Below are positions 61,501 through 64,000 of a stretch of 64,000 nt of DNA, one piece after another (the first letter of the stretch is position 1; each line of letters begins with the position of its first letter). Source of the stretch: Iphione sp. A-MEVVRFRX5. Its lineage: Eukaryota. Under the pieces are notes generated by a model. It ran no database searches and was not told the DNA's origin. It saw only the letters and a list, made by a program, of their open reading frames with translations. A program made the translations under genes and the position numbers. Location of the stretch: NCBI GenBank assembly GCA_976226885.1, contig OZ320319.1, forward strand, positions 84,816,001 to 84,880,000, read 5' to 3'.

Positions 61501-63126
61501 AACCGTTCCTTACAATGTGTACCTTGCGCGCCGCGTCGCTGTCGTCATCCAGGAGGCCGATGTCCCGTCCCTGTGCCCAGGCCAGGCGCGCGCCCTGCAC
61601 GATGTTGCCGACGTATACAGCCGACGGGCCGACATCTGCTGTAAAACCGCCCAAAGTGAATGCGTGTTTAAGTTATATTAGTATGCAGACATAAGGCCAG
61701 ATGCCTTGAACAATGTCAACATATACAGCCAATATGTTGACATCTGCTGTAAAACCGCCCAAAGTGAATGTGTGTTTAAGTTATATTAGTATGCAGACAT
61801 AAGGCCAGATGCCTTGAACATTGTCAACATATACAGCCAATATGTTGACATCTGCTGTAAAACCGCCCAAAGTGAATGCGTGTTTAAGTTATATTAGTAT
61901 GCAGACGTAAGGCCAGATGCCTTGAACATTGTCAACATATACAGCCAATATGTTGACATCTGCTGTAAAACCGCCCAAAGTGAATGCGTGTTTAAGTTAT
62001 ATTAGTATGCAGAAAATAGGCCAGATGCCCTGAACGCTGCCAGCATATACATGTACAGCCAATATGCTGACATCTGCTGTAACACTGTCCGAAGTGTATG
62101 TGTGTTTAATGTATATTAGTATGCAGACATTAGGCCGGATGCTCTGAACCCTGCCAACATATACAGCCAATATGTTGACATCTGCCGTAACACTGCCTAA
62201 ACTGAATGTATGTTTAAGTTACATTAGTATGCAGAAAATAGGTCAGATGCCCTGAACACTGCCAACATATACATTCAGGTCGAATTCTATTGTCAAACAG
62301 CCGAATGTAAATGTGTGTTCAAATTATAATTAGTACACAGGAACAAGGTCCATCAAAGTTATTCACATAGATCGACAGCCAACAGGATGACTTCTGCTAT
62401 AAAACGGCCGTAGTTAAACTCAAACGTTTAAGTCATATTAAAGCACAGAAACTCAAGTTTAATACACTGCGAGATGCAAATAACCATGTATACACCCAAC
62501 CAGCTGGCATGGGCTATATCAGAGCAGAGAAATAACATGCCCAAGTCATACTGGTACACACAAAAAATGAGACCCCGTACAACAATCCTGACAGCTCACA
62601 GGTCCACATCTGCTGGAGGAAAGCACTGGACATATGTATGCTTACGTTAGATGATATACATGTACATGTATACATATTCAGTCTCATAACAACGCGTGTC
62701 AAATTAAATTCCGCCGACTTCCCTACTTCCTTTATGTTGGAGGAACGCGAACGCATAAAAAGAAAACAGAATTTCTTTTGGCCTTTTTATCCATGGATAG
62801 TTTACTCGGTGTTGACTATTAAAGCTGGTCACTTCACTAGTTCTCTCTGACATTTTTATCTATGGACATAGTACTGAGTACTGCCTGTTTTAAAGCTGCC
62901 TACTTCACTGGCTGTTTTATCCCCCGTATTTTACCTCCATGGTTTGAGTCTAATATTGATTAGAGAAGTTCTGGTTGCAGGGGCACCCTTTACCTGGGTG
63001 GTGCTCGCGCGGCTTGGGCAGATTGGTGACGCAGGTGTGTGGACACATGAGCACGTTGGCCGGGTGAAGGCATCCCTCCAGGAACTTCTTCTTCGTCTCG
63101 TGCAGGTGGATGCCTCCCAGCGGTGT
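49834..63126 (-). CDS. DIP2: Disco-interacting protein 2 homolog, last 14 coding exons (670 aa: end of AMP-binding domain 1 and all of domain 2); 5' part lies beyond the window
   Basis: Exons 63126-62994, 61635-61523, 59964-59884, 58906-58741, 58101-57962, 57456-57295, 56729-56599, 56052-55961, 55391-55144, 54409-54290, 53863-53789, 52224-52050, 50717-50594 and 50086-49834. All GT-AG with consistent phases, 2013 nt in total. Hallmark peptides TPLGGIHL, CPHTCVTNLPKPR, YLDFSVSTTGMLAG, RTGYLGF and the C-terminus DQLDPIYVAYNM*. Confidence 0.97.
50594..50717 (-). CDS. DIP2: DIP2 exon
   Basis: RHDAIFVVGALDETVMLRGMRYHPIDIENSV. Confidence 0.95.
50702..50825. repeat. 60-bp tandem duplication spanning a DIP2 3' splice site
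   Basis: Two copies, 50702-50761 and 50762-50821. Second acceptor AG at 50779-50778. Confidence 0.95.
51280..52050 (-). repeat. Five tandem copies of the 3' 75 nt of a DIP2 exon plus its donor, separated by (TCTG)n tracts
   Basis: Copies at about 51978-51904, 51836-51762, 51670-51600, 51516-51442 and 51362-51288, each followed by GTAAGC. Confidence 0.95.
52050..52224 (-). CDS. DIP2: DIP2 exon
   Basis: IWVNSPQNASGYYTIYGDD..RTGYLGFIRRTEMTQSDG. Confidence 0.95.
52690..52865. other. Assembly gap (176 N) in purine-rich low-complexity sequence
   Basis: Run of N near (GGAT)n and GA-rich sequence. Confidence 1.
53789..53863 (-). CDS. DIP2: DIP2 exon
   Basis: LLPGVNVVIANPETKGQCADSHLGE. Confidence 0.95.
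54290..54409 (-). CDS. DIP2: DIP2 exon
   Basis: GASSPDPSQVYVDMRALRNDRV..MESGK. Confidence 0.95.
55144..55391 (-). CDS. DIP2: DIP2 exon
   Basis: VRDTFCSYGVMELC..FGCRVNVGICLQ. Confidence 0.95.
55499..55580. repeat. (AG)n microsatellite, about 41 units
   Basis: Direct inspection. Confidence 0.97.
55961..56052 (-). CDS. DIP2: DIP2 exon (absent from the ORF track)
   Basis: SIYSGHHSLLIPPGEVEVNPSLWLSMVSHYK, phase 2 to 1. Confidence 0.93.
56170..56620. repeat. 68-72 bp tandem array (about 6 copies) derived from a DIP2 exon 3' end plus 5' splice site
   Basis: Units contain TTCACA..TTGAGTGTTGAGT(AG|GTGAGTAA) on the minus strand, copying the exon end at 56620-56591. Confidence 0.85.
56599..56729 (-). 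CDS. DIP2: DIP2 exon
   Basis: MSHAAAAALCRSMKIQCELYPSR..GLGFTLWVLS. Confidence 0.95.
57295..57456 (-). CDS. DIP2: DIP2 exon
   Basis: EAASIVEMKNWPTLLDTDDLPKRK..YLDFSVSTTGMLAGIK. Confidence 0.95.
57962..58101 (-). CDS. DIP2: DIP2 exon
   Basis: VVPVTIRPPHPQNISTTLPTVKMIVEVSKS. Confidence 0.95.
58741..58906 (-). CDS. DIP2: DIP2 exon
   Basis: CSQLHKRAERI..GDHVALVYPPGLDLICAFYGCLYV. Confidence 0.95.
58949..59122. repeat. 15-bp minisatellite (CACCCAGGGCAGCAG), about 11-12 copies, intronic
   Basis: Direct inspection. Confidence 0.95.
59884..59964 (-). CDS. DIP2: DIP2 exon (absent from the ORF track)
   Basis: YQFLSEILRWRAQTSPDHVLFSLINAK. Confidence 0.95.
61449..61463 (+). promoter_or_regulatory. CTCF-like motif CTGCTAGGTGGCGCT in a DIP2 intron
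   Basis: Strong consensus match 60 bp from an exon. Motif match only. Confidence 0.4.
61523..61635 (-). CDS. DIP2: DIP2 exon
   Basis: DVGPSAVYVGNIVQGARLAWAQGRDIGLLDDDSDAARK. Confidence 0.95.
61585..62280. repeat. 108-bp tandem array (6 units) derived from a DIP2 3' splice site plus exon start
   Basis: CATCTGC(T/C)GTAA at 61633, 61741, 61849, 61957, 62071 and 62179. Confidence 0.95.
62994..63126 (-). CDS. DIP2: DIP2 exon (5'-most in the window)
   Basis: TPLGGIHLHETKKKFLEGCLHPANVLMCPHTCVTNLPKPREHHP. Confidence 0.95.
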
Positions 63127-64000
63127 CTGCCGACGTACATACACACAGACAGAGAAAGACAAAAGAGAAGGACAGGTGAGTTTCAAAACTTCATCATCAC
63201 TTCGAGAAACAGAGCATTCATTCTCGTTTGGGGGGATGAAAAGCGGCCGACTGATTGTGCTTGGGGGAAGGGGGGGGGGGTCGTAAACATGGTCCATCCT
63301 CACGTCTTTGATTGACAGCGCCAATAAACTCTTTACTTGTTACAAACATTTACTTGTTACAAACCACCTTCTACTATTCAGCTCAGGTCTATCAGCTGGG
63401 ACATGTTCTAGCGGCACCAGTAGTTTTAAGACAAGGGAAACTGGACAGCGTTCAAACTTTCAAGTGAAGGGTCAATTTGTATTCGCACTGGAGAAACTGA
63501 CTTAACAACTAGTGCAACCTACCACCCGCCCCCCCTCCCCAAAGGCGGGTGTCTGCCCTCCACCCACTACCCCCTCCCCCCCCCCCCCGCGTGCATCCCC
63601 TGTCGGCCCCGAGCCACTAGACTCTTATCTGATCAAGGCACGTGCCCTGCTGGGCCTTACACCTGATGCCGGCTCATATATCACCACACGCGACTGATAA
63701 GATCAGCTACGGCTGCTGCCAGGAGCGGCGATTTGATGGCCTCCGTAAACACTATCAAGTTTGTCTGATCTCCGCTGAGAAACCCACTGTACGGACCATA
63801 CAGCTTCCCCTAACTTCCTCTTTTACCTGGCCCAGGTATACTGATTACCATCATTCCTATGTTACAAGTCTGTATATATATATACACTGTACTGTAGCAA
63901 CTCGGAATATAAGTTACTCTCCGAGTTGAATTAATAAGCAGGTGAGTTGCTACTGTTTGTCATCTTCCAGCTTACCAAGAGAAAGTAGATTGCCTACCAT

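Overview
This is eukaryotic, intron-rich animal genomic DNA, probably from an invertebrate deuterostome such as amphioxus or a hemichordate (inferred from gene structure and repeat style only). It has two assembly gaps, and most entries in the ORF track are spurious. Two genes can be assembled by hand with canonical GT-AG introns and consistent phases. (1) An 8-exon neutral sphingomyelinase 2 (SMPD3/SMPD5 family) homolog on + (19656-28038, about 475 aa) has an intact frame, but essentially every catalytic or metal-binding residue is replaced, so it is a probable pseudoenzyme. (2) The last 14 coding exons (670 aa) of a DIP2 gene lie on - (63126-49834). Four DIP2 introns carry tandem arrays seeded exactly at exon-intron junctions, which multiply splice sites. 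One array creates 75-nt in-frame cassette-like copies of an exon half. An unidentified spliced gene probably lies on - at about 34.1-39.1 kb. The rest is mobile and repetitive DNA: a young 5'-truncated CR1/L2-type LINE with a target-site duplication (TSD), a decayed LINE RT, four related solo-LTR-like elements, PIF/Harbinger-type MITEs, hAT-like and Tc1/pogo-like MITEs, an inverted pair of tRNA-derived SINEs, and many mini- and microsatellites. No CRISPR, rRNA or genuine tRNA genes were found.
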